From assembly GCA_002269645.1 (NCBI GenBank), contig NIVC01003933.1, positions 1-64,000 on the forward strand: 64,000 nucleotides of DNA, written 5' to 3'. This document shows positions 35,601 through 48,015 of the stretch, in pieces; position 1 is the stretch's first letter, and each line of letters begins with the position of its first letter. The stretch is from Macrostomum lignano. Its lineage: Eukaryota. The position numbers and the translations under genes were made by a program. The notes under the pieces were generated by a model that made no database searches, was not told the origin of the DNA, and worked only from the letters and a program-made list of their open reading frames with translations.

Positions 35601-38600
35601 TAAAAGGATATTGGAGCATCAAAGATTCTGGAAGATTGGCGGCATCATCAAAGGATTCGGGAGATTGGCAGCATCATCATAGAATCTGTGAGGGTGGCGG
35701 CATCATAAAAGAATCTGTGAGGGTGGCGGCATCATAAAAGAATCTGTGAGGGTGGTGGCATCATCAAAGAATCTGTGAGGGTGGCGGCATCATCAAAGAA
35801 TCTATGAGGGTGGCGGCATCATCAAAGAATCTGTGAGGGTGACGGCATCATCAAAGAATATGTGAGGGTGGCGGCATCATCAAAGAATCGGGGAGATTGG
35901 CGGCATCATCAAAGAATCTGTGAGGGTGGCGGCATCATAAAAGAAACTCGGATGATCAAAGAGTCCGAGGTTGCCGGCAAAAAATCAAAAGTACAATTGA
36001 AATAACCAGAGAACACTCACTTGGAGATGGAGCCCCAGATGCTCTGCTGAGCCGGCTCGTCGCCCAGCAGGCTGTCATCGAGCCGGTCCGGCTTCTTAGC
36101 CACGCGCACAGTGATGACCTTGGACCGGAACGAGTCCAGGACGGCCACAGGGTCACCGGCCGCCGTCTCGCCGTCCGTATTCTCGTGCGCCGCAATGTCG
36201 TAAATATCGGCAGATTTTCCGGCTCGCAGCCGCAGTTGCCATGCATTGGGAGCGGCCTTCAATTGGAAATAGCCCAGATTGTACATGACAATGGTGTCCC
36301 TTAGCAACGGCTGCTGCACTGTGCCCAGGGTGAACTGCAGGCCGCGGGGGATCTGGTTACTAGCCGAGTCAACGCAGTGACCTTCAACCAGGAGGTATTC
36401 GAGCTCGTATTCGGCGTGAACTCCGCTGCCGGACACTGCGGCGAGTTGAATGTTGTCCAAATCGTACGGGGAGTTGACGACTTCGGCCATCCAGTTGTGC
36501 GGAGTGTCGATGCCCAGAGTCAGGATCGGTTGCGACGGCATGCCGTCAAAGTTGACGGTGCTGCCGGCACTTGACAGGCTGCCGTCTTTTGCGAATACTG
36601 GCGCCGCGGTTAATAAATACCTGGCAGGGTAGAGGGAAATATGCTTTAGAAAAGTAACTTACGATACATATCGGTAGATTAATTATTGAATCAGTAAATT
36701 GTGATGAAGTTTTTAGGAGACTAATGAATATGACAACACACAAAATAGCAGCTAATATTCTAGGTATCTACTAAAAATTTTACTTTTTTAATTATAATGC
36801 AAGTTAAAAATTGGCGAAGTCATCATCAAAGAATTGGGGAGATTAGCTGCATCATCAAAGGATTTTGGATACTGGCGGCATCATCAAAGGATTCAAAAAG
36901 TTGGCGGCGTCATCAAAGATTCCAGAAAACTGGCGGCATCATTAAATGATTCAAGGAATTGGCAGCATCATCAAATGATTCAGAAAATTGGCGGCATCAT
37001 CAAAGGATTCAGACAGTAGGCGGCATCATCAAAGGATTTTGGAGATTGGCGGCATCATTAAAGAATTCAGAAAATTGCCGACATCATCAAAAGATTCAAA
37101 AAATTGGCGGCATCATCAAAGATTCTAGAAAATTGGCGGCATTATTAAAGGATTCGGGGGATTGGCAAACATGCAAGCTAAAATTAATATTTTACTGGTT
37201 AAAATTTCGGCTTAGAAAAGTACTTTACACAACATATCGGCAAATAAAAATATCAAAATAACAATTACAAAACCGCTTACCTATAGAAAGTTTTTAACGG
37301 CGGTTCAGACAATTTCTCTCGACAATTAAAGGCCACAGTGATTCGAGCATTCAAAGCCTGCCGAAGCACCAGCAGAATGTGAGACATCTTTTGAGCATCC
37401 CTCGACAGCGGATCGACAATTGCCGTCACCTCCAGACTCGGCCTCGCCGAATTCGGCTCCATTGGTTCGAGTTTGAGTAATCCACCGGGCTGCAGACCGT
37501 CTGGCATAGCGATTCGACGAGTTGCCGACGAACCGGAAGTACTACCACCGGAACTAGAACTGGAACCGGAACCGGAACCAACAGCAGCCGGATGCGAGTT
37601 CAATAGCGCCGACAATCGCATAGATAATTCGGACCGATCGTTGCCGACGCTAGCCAGCTCGGTATTCGATAATTTGTCCAACGATTCGGCCACGGCTCGG
37701 CCGGCTCTGCTCAGGGCTAAGCGTTCCAACAGGCGCAGATCAGCCGGGTCCACTTCCGGTTGGGGCAGCGGCCCAACCAGGCGGCCGTTGGAGACCAGCG
37801 CCAGGGAGGGCGGTTCGGCGGTGGACGCCGCCGCAGGCGTGCCAAGCTCGGTTGAGGCGAATTTCGATAGCCTGCAGAAATTATTTTGGGAGTGCTCAAT
37901 ATTTATCTCAACTGGGAAATTTATCGATTAATTTTCTTGCCTGGAATTTGAGGATAAGTAGCCTAAGTTTACTTTTATGATTTAAGGGATCAACGGATTC
38001 GAAATCTACTTGAATGGGTTGATTTGAATCCTACTACCTGTGAATGGGATCACGGGATTTGAATCCTACATCCTGTGAGTGGGATCACGGGATTTGAATC
38101 CTACTATCTGTGAATGGGATCACGGGATTTGAATCCTACTACCTGTGAATGGGATCACGGGATTTGAATCCTATATCCTGTGAATGGGATCACGGGATTT
38201 GAATCCTACATCCTGTGAGTGGGATAATGGTATTTGAACCCTACTACCTGTGAATGGGATCACGGGATTTGAATCCTACATCCTGTGAGTGGGATAATGG
38301 TATTTGAATCCTACTACCTGTGAATGGGATCGCGGGATTTGAATCCTACTACCTGTGAATGGGATCACGGGATTTGAATCCTATATCCTGTGAATGGGAT
38401 CACGGGATTTGAATCCTACTACCTGTGAATGGGATCACGGGATTTGAATCCTACATCCTGTGAGTGGGATAATGGGATTTGAATCCTACTACCTGTGAAT
38501 GGGATCGCGGGATTTGAATCCTACTACTTGTGAATGGGATCACCGGATTTGAATCCTACATCCTGTGAGTGGGATCACGGGATTTGAATCCTACTACCTG

Positions 38601-41600
38601 TGAATGGGATTGGGATCGGACTCACCTATCCAACTCCCTCCTAGTCTGGTGCGAGTCAGCAGCGGCAGCAAACGCGTCCCAGTCCATGCCGTGAACGGCC
38701 AATTCTTTAAGCGCTTTGTTTCCAACCGCCGCCTCGTCAATGCCGCTCACAGCCGGCCAATTCTCTGGCTTGCACAGCTTGCTGGCCAGATTGACCGCAT
38801 GCTTGGCGGATTTAGTTGCCACGGTGCTGGCTGCCGACTGCAGAGCCTTGGCTAATAACAGGCCTGGCTCGCCAGTGTGCAGCAGGGCCAGGCGCAGCTG
38901 AGCGGAGGCCTTCACCAGGCGGAGCGCTTCGTAGGCGTGGGAGCGGCAGCCGGCGGTGGCCAAGTCGCAGGCCAGCCAGAGACTGGCGGCTCGCGTGGCC
39001 GAGTCGTCGTTTTTAACAAAATAGCTGCGGTGAGAATTGAGAAACGTATGGAGATGGGAGACGAGATGAGAGTGACAGGGTGAGACTGGGAGTGACGGGG
39101 TGAGACTGGGAGTGACGGGGTGAGACTGAGAGTGAATTGAGAGTGACGGGGTGAGACTGACAGTGACGGGGTGAGACTGGGAGTGACGGGGTGAGACTGA
39201 GAGTGAATTGAGAGTGACGGGGAGAGACTGAGAGTGAATTGAGAGTGACGGGGTGAGACTGAGAGTGAATTGAGAGTGACGGGTGAGATTGAGAGTGCCG
39301 GGTGAGATTGAGAGTGACGGGTGAGATTGAGAGTGCCGGGTGAGATTGAGAGTGACGGGTGAGATTGAGAGTGACGAGTGAGATTGAGAGTGAATTGAGA
39401 GTGAATTCAGAGATTGAGAATGCCGGGTGAGATTGAGAGTGACGGGTGAGATTGAGAGTGAGTGACGGGTGAGATTGAGAGTGACGGGTGAGACTGGGAG
39501 TGACGGGGTGAGACTGGGAGTGACGGGGTGAGACTAGGAGTGACGGGGTGAGACTGGGAGTGACGGGGTGAGACTGAGAGTGACGAGTGAGATTGAGAGT
39601 GAATTGAGAGTGAATTCAGAGATTAAGAGTGCCGGGTGAGATTGAGAGTGACGGGTGAGATTGAGAGTGCCGGGTGAGATTGAGAGTGACGGGTGAGATT
39701 GAGAGTGACGAGTGAGATTGAGAGTGAATTGAGAGTGAATTCAGAGATTGAGAGTGACGGGTGAGATTGAGAGTGAGTGACGGGTGAGATTGAGAGTGAA
39801 TATAGAGTGAATTCAGAGATTGAGAGTTCCGGGTGAGATTGAGAGTGACGAGTGAGATTGAGAGTGAATTGAGAGTGAATTCAGAGATTAAGAGTGCCGG
39901 GTGAGATTGAGAGTGACGGATGAGATTGAGAATGACGGGATGAGATTGAGAGTCCCGGGCGAGATTGAGAGTGACGGGATGAGATTGAGTGATGGGATGA
40001 GATTGTAAGTTATAGGGTGAGATTGAACGACAGGGTGAAATTGAGAGTGCGGGTGAGATTGAGAGTGACATGGTGAGATTAAGAGTGACGGGGTGAGATT
40101 GACTGATGGGATGAGATTGAGAGTGACGGGGTGACATTGAATGACAGGGTGAGATTGAGAGTGACGGGTGAGATTGAGTGACGGAATGCACTCAAAAACA
40201 CAAAAAATAATCACAGCCACTCACCTGAGTTTACCAACAGCATTCAGCTGCGCCTGAGTCAGCGTCTTGCCTCCCTGCAGCAGTCGCTGGTTGAGCCGTT
40301 TCACTACGTTGGGCCTTTCGTTGATAAAGTCGACAACATTTTGCGAATCTTTCAACTGACCGGCCGCCACCTCGCGTTGTAGCTCGCTGGTCTGGCGCAT
40401 GATCTCCGTTAACACCTGGCAGAGTGAAAGTTGATTTGTTAATGTGCGTACTGATATGCACAGCTTCACCATTTGTACAATAAGAGGGTTTTAAGAGGTT
40501 CTGAGGGTTTCAGAGTTTTTTCTGTTCGAAGTCTGATGTACATTGAGGGGTTAAATAAAGTAGCACGATGCCGAAGCGCAGGCAAGTGTATGTACAATAG
40601 GGAGGTTAGATAATGTACATTACAATGGGGGCAGGAAAATATCATCTACATGTACTTTAGGGCAGAAAAATATCAGCTATATGTACATTGGGGGCAGGAG
40701 AATATCAGCTATATGTACCTTAGGGCAGAAAAATATCAGCTATATGTACATTGGGGGCAGGAGAATATCAGATATATGTACATTGGGGGCAGGAAAATAT
40801 CAGCTATATGTACATTGGGGGCAGGAAAATATCAGCTATATGTACATTGGGGGGCAGGAAAATATCAGCTATATGTACATTGGGGGCAGGAAAATATCAG
40901 CTATAGATCCATCAGTGGTCTAGATATTGCTTGTAAATAGCCCGCAAGCATCTTACCGTCTCTTCAAAATTTGTCACCGCAGCGTTGGTGTCCAACAGTC
41001 CGCCATTGAGCAGCACAGCGGGAGCAGAGGCCAGCCCGGATCTGGCTAGGAAAGCCTGTCCAGCAGCCAGTTGATCTTCATAATCCGACGATTTATCCCC
41101 AAGCGCGTCTTTAGAGTCAACATCCGGGTAGAGACCTTTGAAGTACTGATGAGCAAACTCTAAATTGAGACTGTAGCCCTGCTCAAACGTCACTGAATAG
41201 ATGTCGGTGAGATAGCTGACAGCGGACCGTGTGGAGCCTTTGTCGTTTTTAACAAAATTGAACGAGCGAACGAGAGCCCGGCCGACTTCGTCTTTGGGTG
41301 CCCAGACTAGGCCTGACGGGAGAAAATGGGGGGATTTACATGTAGTTGAATTAGACGGAATCAAAATCAACATTGATTGGATTGCTAATGATATAAAGTT
41401 AGACGAGAGTAACATGGCTCACGAGATTAACATTACATAAAGGATGAGATCATGGGATAAAACACAGGATGGGATCATTGGGTCACACACAGGATGGGAT
41501 CATTGGGTCACACATAGGATGGGATCATTGGGTCACACACAGGATGGGATCATTGGGTCACACATAGGATGGGATCATTGGGTCACACACAGGATGGGAT

Positions 41601-43371
41601 CATTGGGTCACACACAGGATGGGATCATTGGGTCACACACAGGATGGGATCATGGAATCACCACACAGGATGGGATCATGGAATCACCACACACAGGATA
41701 GGATCATGGAATCACCTCACACAGGATGGGATCATTAGATCACACACAGGATCGGATTATGGAATCGCCACACACAGGATGGGATCAAGGAATACATAGG
41801 CACCAATACAAGACACTGGCGAGCCCTCACCAATCCGAATGGGCACCGTATGCTGAACGAATGCCTCGCAGTAGCGAATGAGATCGGCGCTCTCTTTGAC
41901 AGCCGGATCGATGAAGACCACCAAGTTGAACAGGTTCCTAGCGATTCTCCGCATGGTGCCAGGGAAAGCCGGCTTCAACAGGTCGTGCACGCTCCTGGGC
42001 CACTGGGCGTACACCTGACTCTGCTCCAAATCGTTCAGATAGACAACTGCCGGATCGCGAAAGTCTAAAGCGAATTTCTCATCGGAAGATGAAGCAGATG
42101 AAGCGGCGAGAGAGCGAAGCACGACACTGGCTACGTGGGAGGCTGGGAGGCCCAGCTGTGTAGCCGCGTCCATCAGGCTGGCTTCCTCTGTGAGAGACTG
42201 GCGTTAGAGTGATGAGGGAGTTGTGTGTAGCTTGATGTTGCTAGGGCTTGTGGGAAAAAGGGAATACATATTGGCTACAGGCTTATAACATATTTGTTGC
42301 TAAGAAGAACTAGAACTATGCCACAAAATATAATTCACCAAAGACACAAATTTACGAAAATAATGCTTGTTGCTTTGAGAGGAATTGAGATAAAAATACA
42401 AGCTAATGGTTGCTATGGGCATACAAGGTCGGAATAGCAGCTTTTAAGGTATCCAAGAGTACAAATATCGGTTGCTATGGGAACCTAAGAGGACAAATAT
42501 CGGTTGCTATGGGAACCTAAGATGACAAATATTGGTTGCTATGGGAATCTAAGAGGACAAATATTGGTTGCTATGAGAACCTAAGAGTACAAATATCGGT
42601 TGCTATGGGAACCTAAGAGGACAAATATCGGTTGCTATGGGAACCTAAGAGGACAAATATCGGTTGCTATGGGAACCTAAGATGACAAATATTAGTTGCT
42701 ATGGGAATCTAAGAGGACAAATATTGGTTGCTATGAGAACCTAAGAGTACAAATATCGGTTGCTATGGGAACCTAAGATGACAAATATCGGTTGCTATGG
42801 GAACCTAAGAGGACAAAAATCGGTTGTTATGGGAATCTAAGAGGACAAATATTGGTTGCTATGAGAACCTAAGAGGACAAATATCGGTTGCTATGAGAAC
42901 CTAAGAGGACAAAAATCGGTTGCTATGGGAATCTAAGAGTACAAATATCGGTTGCTATGAGAACCTAAGAGGACAAAAATCGGTTGCTATGAGAATCTAA
43001 GAGTACAAATATCGGTTGCTATGAGAACCTAAGAGGACAAATATTGGTTGCTATGGGAACCTAAGAGGACAAATATTGGTTGCTATGAGAATCTAAGAGT
43101 ACAAAAATCGGTTGCTTTGGGAACCTAAGAGGACAAATATTGGTTGCTATGAGAATCTAAGAGTACAAATATCGGTTGCTATGGGAACCTAAGAGGACAA
43201 AAATCGGTTGCTATGAGAATCTAAGAGTACAAATATCGGTTGCTATGAGAACCTAAGAGGACAGATATTGGTTGCTATGGGAACCTAAGAGGACAAATAT
43301 CGGTTGCTATGAGAATCTAAGAGTGCAAATACTAGTTGCTATGAGAACACAAGGGGTTGCTATGGGAACCT

Positions 43372-43417
<46 letters not shown>

Positions 43418-44912
43418 GCAGCATAGTGAACACATCGTAGAACTCCAAATCAACAGGCCGGCCATTGACCAATAACAGAGAGGCTCCCTGCGGCAAGCCG
43501 AGCTGCTGCTGAAACAATCGCTGGTTGGCTTCCAGTTGAGCTCTCAGGCTTGGCAGCACAGCAATCTGTGACAGGGCCTTAGCCCGTACAGGATAGTTCT
43601 GACTGAGATCGCGCAGCACGTGAAGACTGTCGTCAACAGTGACGGTAAGTACTCGTTGGGCAGCTTGGTAGCTCAGGTCTTGCAATTGCCAAGCTTTCAA
43701 CGGCGCAATCTCGGTTGAGCTGTCCAACAGGTGCTGCTTGAACTGGTTCAGCTCTTGGCTCAGGTTCGGGTGGAGGGCTCTGGAGTGCATAGGAAACAGC
43801 AGTAGGGATTGCAATGGATAGGGTGTGTTGCAACAGTAGGGATTGCAATGGATAGGGTGTGTTGCAACAGTAGGGATTTCAATGGATAGGGTGTGTTGCA
43901 ACAGTAGGGATTGCAATGGATAGGGTGTGTTGCAACAGTAGGGATTGCAATGGATAGGGTGTGTTGCAACAGTAGGGATTGCAATAGATAGGGTGTGTTG
44001 CAACAGTAGGGATTGCAATGGATAGGGTGTGTTGCAGCAGTAGGGATTGCAATGGATAGGGTGTGTTGCAACAGTAGGGATTGCAATGGATAGGGTGTGT
44101 TGCAGCAGTAGGGATTGCAATGGATAGGGTGGGGTGTTGCAACAAATTGATTCCCTTCTGTGCTCAACCACATTCATTTGTGACTTTTGGTTTACAAAAA
44201 ATTGGCCGAGGGGGGGGGTTGCTCAGTGGGCAGGATTGCCTCAGCGCTAGCTGCTTATGGGACGGATATGCGCTAATTAGGACTGACTGACCTCAGCTTG
44301 GAGAACAGGAAGCCCTGCACTTCGTCCTCTTCGTCATGCCGCCGATGAGAGTCTTCTTTGCTGTCTGGCAGAAATTAATAAAAAGTTATACTCGCATATT
44401 TATTTGAGAATCCATTCAGCAAGTAGTATAGAGAGGTAAATAAGCAGATTATATGATTAATAACCCATATTTCTGATGAAACCACCTGTTAAAAAGTCGC
44501 TTATTATTATTAGAATAACACACGGTTAAACTTCGTATACGTTGCTTACAATACAAAGGTCAGCAATTCTGACACCTTACAATACAGCAGGTAAATCACG
44601 TAAATGGCTGCATACAATTATAAATAATTACAAATTGATTTCACTGAATAGTTGAAAAACCAATACAACACCGGGAACTTACCACTTTGACTAGTCGCTA
44701 AAATTATTTTGCAGAGTAAAGAAAGACTGACATTATGTCTCTATCCATCACACTATCTGTCAATTAATCAGTGAACTTAATAAATCTGTCTGTCTTAGAG
44801 TCTTAGTGTCCTAGTGCCTGTCTGTCTTGTCCGTTTGTCCGTCTGCTGTCTGTCTGCCTACCTGCCTACCTGCCTGTCTGTCTGTCTGTCTGTCTGCCTG
44901 CCTGTCTTTCTT

Positions 44913-44945
<33 letters not shown>

Positions 44946-44962
44946 CTCTCTGTCTGCCTGCC

Positions 44963-45007
<45 letters not shown>

Positions 45008-45010
45008 GCC

Positions 45011-45060
<50 letters not shown>

Positions 45061-45068
45061 CCTGTCTA

Positions 45069-45103
<35 letters not shown>

Positions 45104-45120
45104 CTGTCTGTCTATCTGTA

Positions 45121-45189
<69 letters not shown>

Positions 45190-45204
45190 GTCTGTATGTC
45201 TACC

Positions 45205-45287
<83 letters not shown>

Positions 45288-47441
45288 TTATCTGTTTGTC
45301 TGTCTGTCTGTTGTCTATTGATGTCTATCAATCTATCAATCAATCTATGTCTATCTACGATCTATATCTAATTTTCATGTCTCTGTATCCATTCTTACAC
45401 ATAAATATCGCCAATTATCAAAACGGCAGACTCTTAGTAGTATGTTTAGAGCATCGCATCCTAAATGAGGTGTATGAAGTGAATATAAAAAGTTAGTAAA
45501 AAGACGCAACTCACCCTCAACTTTGCTATCATCCATAGCCTTATACTCTGTACTTTTGATAGCCAATTCCACACCATAGCCCGACAGCCTCGTGCGCTGC
45601 TGTCGCCGCTGCAGCGAATTCAACTCAGCTGGCGGAGCGTGACGAAAAGCGTATCTCAGTTTGCCGGCTCTGGCCAGCGTTGTCATGGCAACGTGCCAAG
45701 CTGGAAAACCGCCGGAAGCCAATCTAGCATAGAGCAAAACCGTTAGCGGCAGTTGCTGCTCATCAACTCCAGCTGATTCCAGCCTGACTTTATCGGTCCG
45801 GTACAGCTGCAGAGGTGCGCTGGCATTGGCCGCGGCTAACTTAGCATCCAGCTGATCCGCGGTACAGGCGATGCCACCGCCTGGTAGGACGGCGAAACCG
45901 CCGCTACTGTCGAGGCTTTTCAAGCATCTATCAGCGTCATTCAAGCCCAGCTGAGCGTTCATCTCCAGGGTTGGCGAGGCAGCTCGCAGTGACAGCCACA
46001 GGCGGAGCAGGTCGGACCGGCTGCCGGGCGCGAGTCGGCTTGACTCGGACAGGGCCAGCTGGTACTCTGCGCTGTCCGTCACTGCGGGTCGGTTTTGCCG
46101 TTGGGTGGCTGGGTCAGCTCCGGTCAGTTGCAGTATGATAGTGAGTCAGTGGGTCAGTGAGTCAGTGGGTCAGTTGGTCAGTGAGTCAGTTGGTCAGTGG
46201 GTCAGTAGGTCAGTGAGTCAGTGGGTCAGTGGGTCAGTAGGTCAGTGAGTCAGTAGGTCAGTGGGTCAGTGGGTCAGTTGGTCAGTAGGTCAGTGGGTCA
46301 GTGAGTCAGTAGGTCAGTGGGTCAGTGAGTCAGTAGGTCAGTTGGTCAGTAGGTCAGTGGGTCAGTGGGTCAGTGGGGCAGTGGGTCAGTGATTCAGTGA
46401 GTCAGTAGGTCAGTGGGTCAGTGAGTAAGTAGGTCAGTAGGTCAGTAGGTCAGGTCAGTGGGTCAGTGGGTCAGTGGGGCAGTGGGTCAGTGATTCAGTG
46501 AGTCAGTAGGTCAGTGGGTCAGTGAGTAAGTAGGTCAGTAGGTCAGTAGGTCAGTGGGTCAGTGGGTCAGTGGGGCAGTGGGTCAGTGATTCAGTGGGTC
46601 AGTGAGTAAGTAGGTCAGTAGGTCAGTGGGGCAGTGGGTCAGTGAGTCAGTAGGTCAGTTGGTCAGTGAGTCAGTGGGGCAGTGGGTCAGTGATTCAGTG
46701 AGTCAGTGGGTCAGTGAGTCAGTGAGTCAGTAGGTCAGTGGGTCAGTGAGTTAGTAGGTCAGTAGGTCAGTGGGGCAGTGGGTCAGTGAGTCAGTGGGTC
46801 AGTGAGTCAGTGAGTCAGTAGGTCAGTGGGTCAGTGAGTTAGTAGGTCAGTAGGTCAGTGGGGCAGTGGGTCAGTGATTCAGTGAGTCAGTGGGTCAGTG
46901 AGTCAGTGAGTCAGTAGGTCAGTGGGTCAGTGAGTTAGTAGGTCAGTAGGTCAGTGGGGCAGTGGGTCAGTGAGTCAGTGGGTCAGTGAGTCAGTGAGTC
47001 AGTAGGTCAGTGGGTCAGTGAGTTAGTAGGTCAGTAGGTCAGTGGGGCAGTGGGTCAGTGAGTCAGTCAGTCAAACTTTACTCACTGCTACTCAAGTCAT
47101 TCCGCTGTGCCAGATTGTCCAAATATTGCCAGAACAGTTCCGAATTTTGCTGGTGAAGGAACTCACTACAAATGATTAGGGAATGCTCATCATATTGTTA
47201 TTGTTTTAAATTTGAAATTACAATAACTAAGAAAATTAATGATGAATCAAGTAAACTCTTGCCTAGCCTCAGCCAGCAGCGAGGTGGACTGCCACTTGGC
47301 GAACATATTAACGGACACGAACTTGGATCGGGCCAGCACGCATGGCGGAGCGATGCTAATCAGTGCCAGCAGGAGGAGCGGCAGCGAGCAGCCAGCGCCA
47401 AACAAGCTAACAAACTGGGCCGCTCTCATTTGCTGCAACAT
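32662..47441 (-). CDS. UGGT: UDP-glucose:glycoprotein glucosyltransferase (UGGT, GT24), ~1571 aa, 14 coding exons
   Basis: Exons (minus): 47441-47263, 47165-47086, 46081-45515, 44364-44292, 43779-43416, 42197-41831, 41312-40957, 40415-40225, 39024-38626, 37871-37281, 36620-36021, 35076-34978, 33998-33428, 32940-32662 = 4716 nt, all phases consistent. Signal peptide; [20 protein letters not shown]; [11 protein letters not shown]; [11 protein letters not shown]; [23 protein letters not shown]; [11 protein letters not shown] (DxD); [10 protein letters not shown]; [10 protein letters not shown]; C-terminal HTEL ER-retrieval signal. Confidence 0.97.
32965..33405. repeat. Degenerate AAAATCCCGAATTCCAAAAACCATA repeat (UGGT intron 13)
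   Basis: Direct reading. Confidence 0.85.
34385..34842. mobile_element. Non-autonomous DNA transposon (MITE), copy 1, in UGGT intron 12
   Basis: ~35-bp TIRs CACAGATACTAGAATAACTAGATGGGCCACTCAG / CTGAGTGGCCCATCTAGTTATTTTAGTATCTGTG, subterminal TTCAGTTCAGTAG / CTACTGAACTGAA; homologous to 57437-57989. Confidence 0.75.
35620..35960. repeat. ~29-bp GGCGGCATCATCAAAGAATCTGTGAGGGT array (UGGT intron 11)
   Basis: Direct reading. Confidence 0.88.
36800..37165. repeat. Degenerate ~30-bp GGCGGCATCATCAAAGGATTCAGAAAATT array (UGGT intron 10)
   Basis: Direct reading; same core as 35620-35960. Confidence 0.82.
38020..38610. repeat. 34-35-bp TGTGAATGGGATCACGGGATTTGAATCCTACTACC array (UGGT intron 9)
   Basis: Direct reading. 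Confidence 0.92.
39060..40185. repeat. ~19-bp GAGATTGAGAGTGACGGGT array (UGGT intron 8)
   Basis: Direct reading. Confidence 0.92.
40615..40905. repeat. 32-bp GGGGGCAGGAAAATATCAGCTATATGTACATT array (UGGT intron 7)
   Basis: Direct reading. Confidence 0.9.
41445..41790. repeat. 25-bp GGTCACACACAGGATGGGATCATTG array (UGGT intron 6)
   Basis: Direct reading. Confidence 0.9.
42465..43415. repeat. 32-bp TGCTATGGGAACCTAAGAGGACAAATATCGGT array plus (CA)n abutting the donor (UGGT intron 5)
   Basis: Direct reading. Confidence 0.93.
43795..44140. repeat. 34-bp TGCAATGGATAGGGTGTGTTGCAACAGTAGGGAT array (UGGT intron 4)
   Basis: Direct reading. Confidence 0.93.
44815..45350. repeat. (CTGT)n microsatellite (UGGT intron 3)
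   Basis: Direct reading. Confidence 0.93.
46140..47072. repeat. 8-bp GTCAGTGG/GTCAGTAG/GTCAGTGA satellite (UGGT intron 2)
   Basis: Direct reading. Confidence 0.93.
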
Positions 47442-47599
47442 TTTAAAAGAAAAATTAACGATTTCTCATTTAAGCTTATATCGTGTATTTAATTGTTCTG
47501 ATAAAGCTATTGCCTTAAAAGCATCTAGTCTATTTGTACAATAAATCTCAATTGCAACTAATGTTGTAACGATAGTTCTAATAGGATTTGGGAAGTTGC

Positions 47600-48015
47600 T
47601 GAGGGAGGCTGGCTCAGCAACTGATGATCTGGGAGGCTGGCCCAGCAACTGGGGATCTGGGAGGCTGGCTCAGCAACTGAGGATCTGGGAGGCTGGCTCA
47701 GCAACTGATGATCTGGGAGGCTGGCTCAGCAACTGAGGATCTGGGAGGCTGGCCCAGCAACTGAGGATCTGGGAGGCTGGCCCAGCAACTGAGGATCTGG
47801 GGGGCTGGCTCAGCAACTGGGGATCTGGGAGGCTGGCTCAGCAACTGATGATCTGGGAGGCTGGCTCAGCAACTGAGGATCTGGGAGGCTGGCCCAGCAA
47901 CTGAGGATCTGGGAGGCTGGCCCAGCAACTGAGGATCTGGGAGGCTGGCCCAGCAACTGAGGATCTGGGAGGCTGGCCCAGCAAGTGATGATCTGGGAGG
48001 CTGGTGGCCCAGCAA
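47600..48015. repeat. 28-bp CTGGGAGGCTGGCCCAGCAACTGAGGAT array ~160 bp upstream of the UGGT ATG
   Basis: Direct reading. Confidence 0.93.

Noticed and set aside
43332-44177. 281-aa ORF with [16 protein letters not shown] repeats and a VCVCVC tail as part of UGGT
   Set aside because: Only 43779-43416 is bounded by splice sites; the flanks are the 34-bp array and (GT)n intron sequence.
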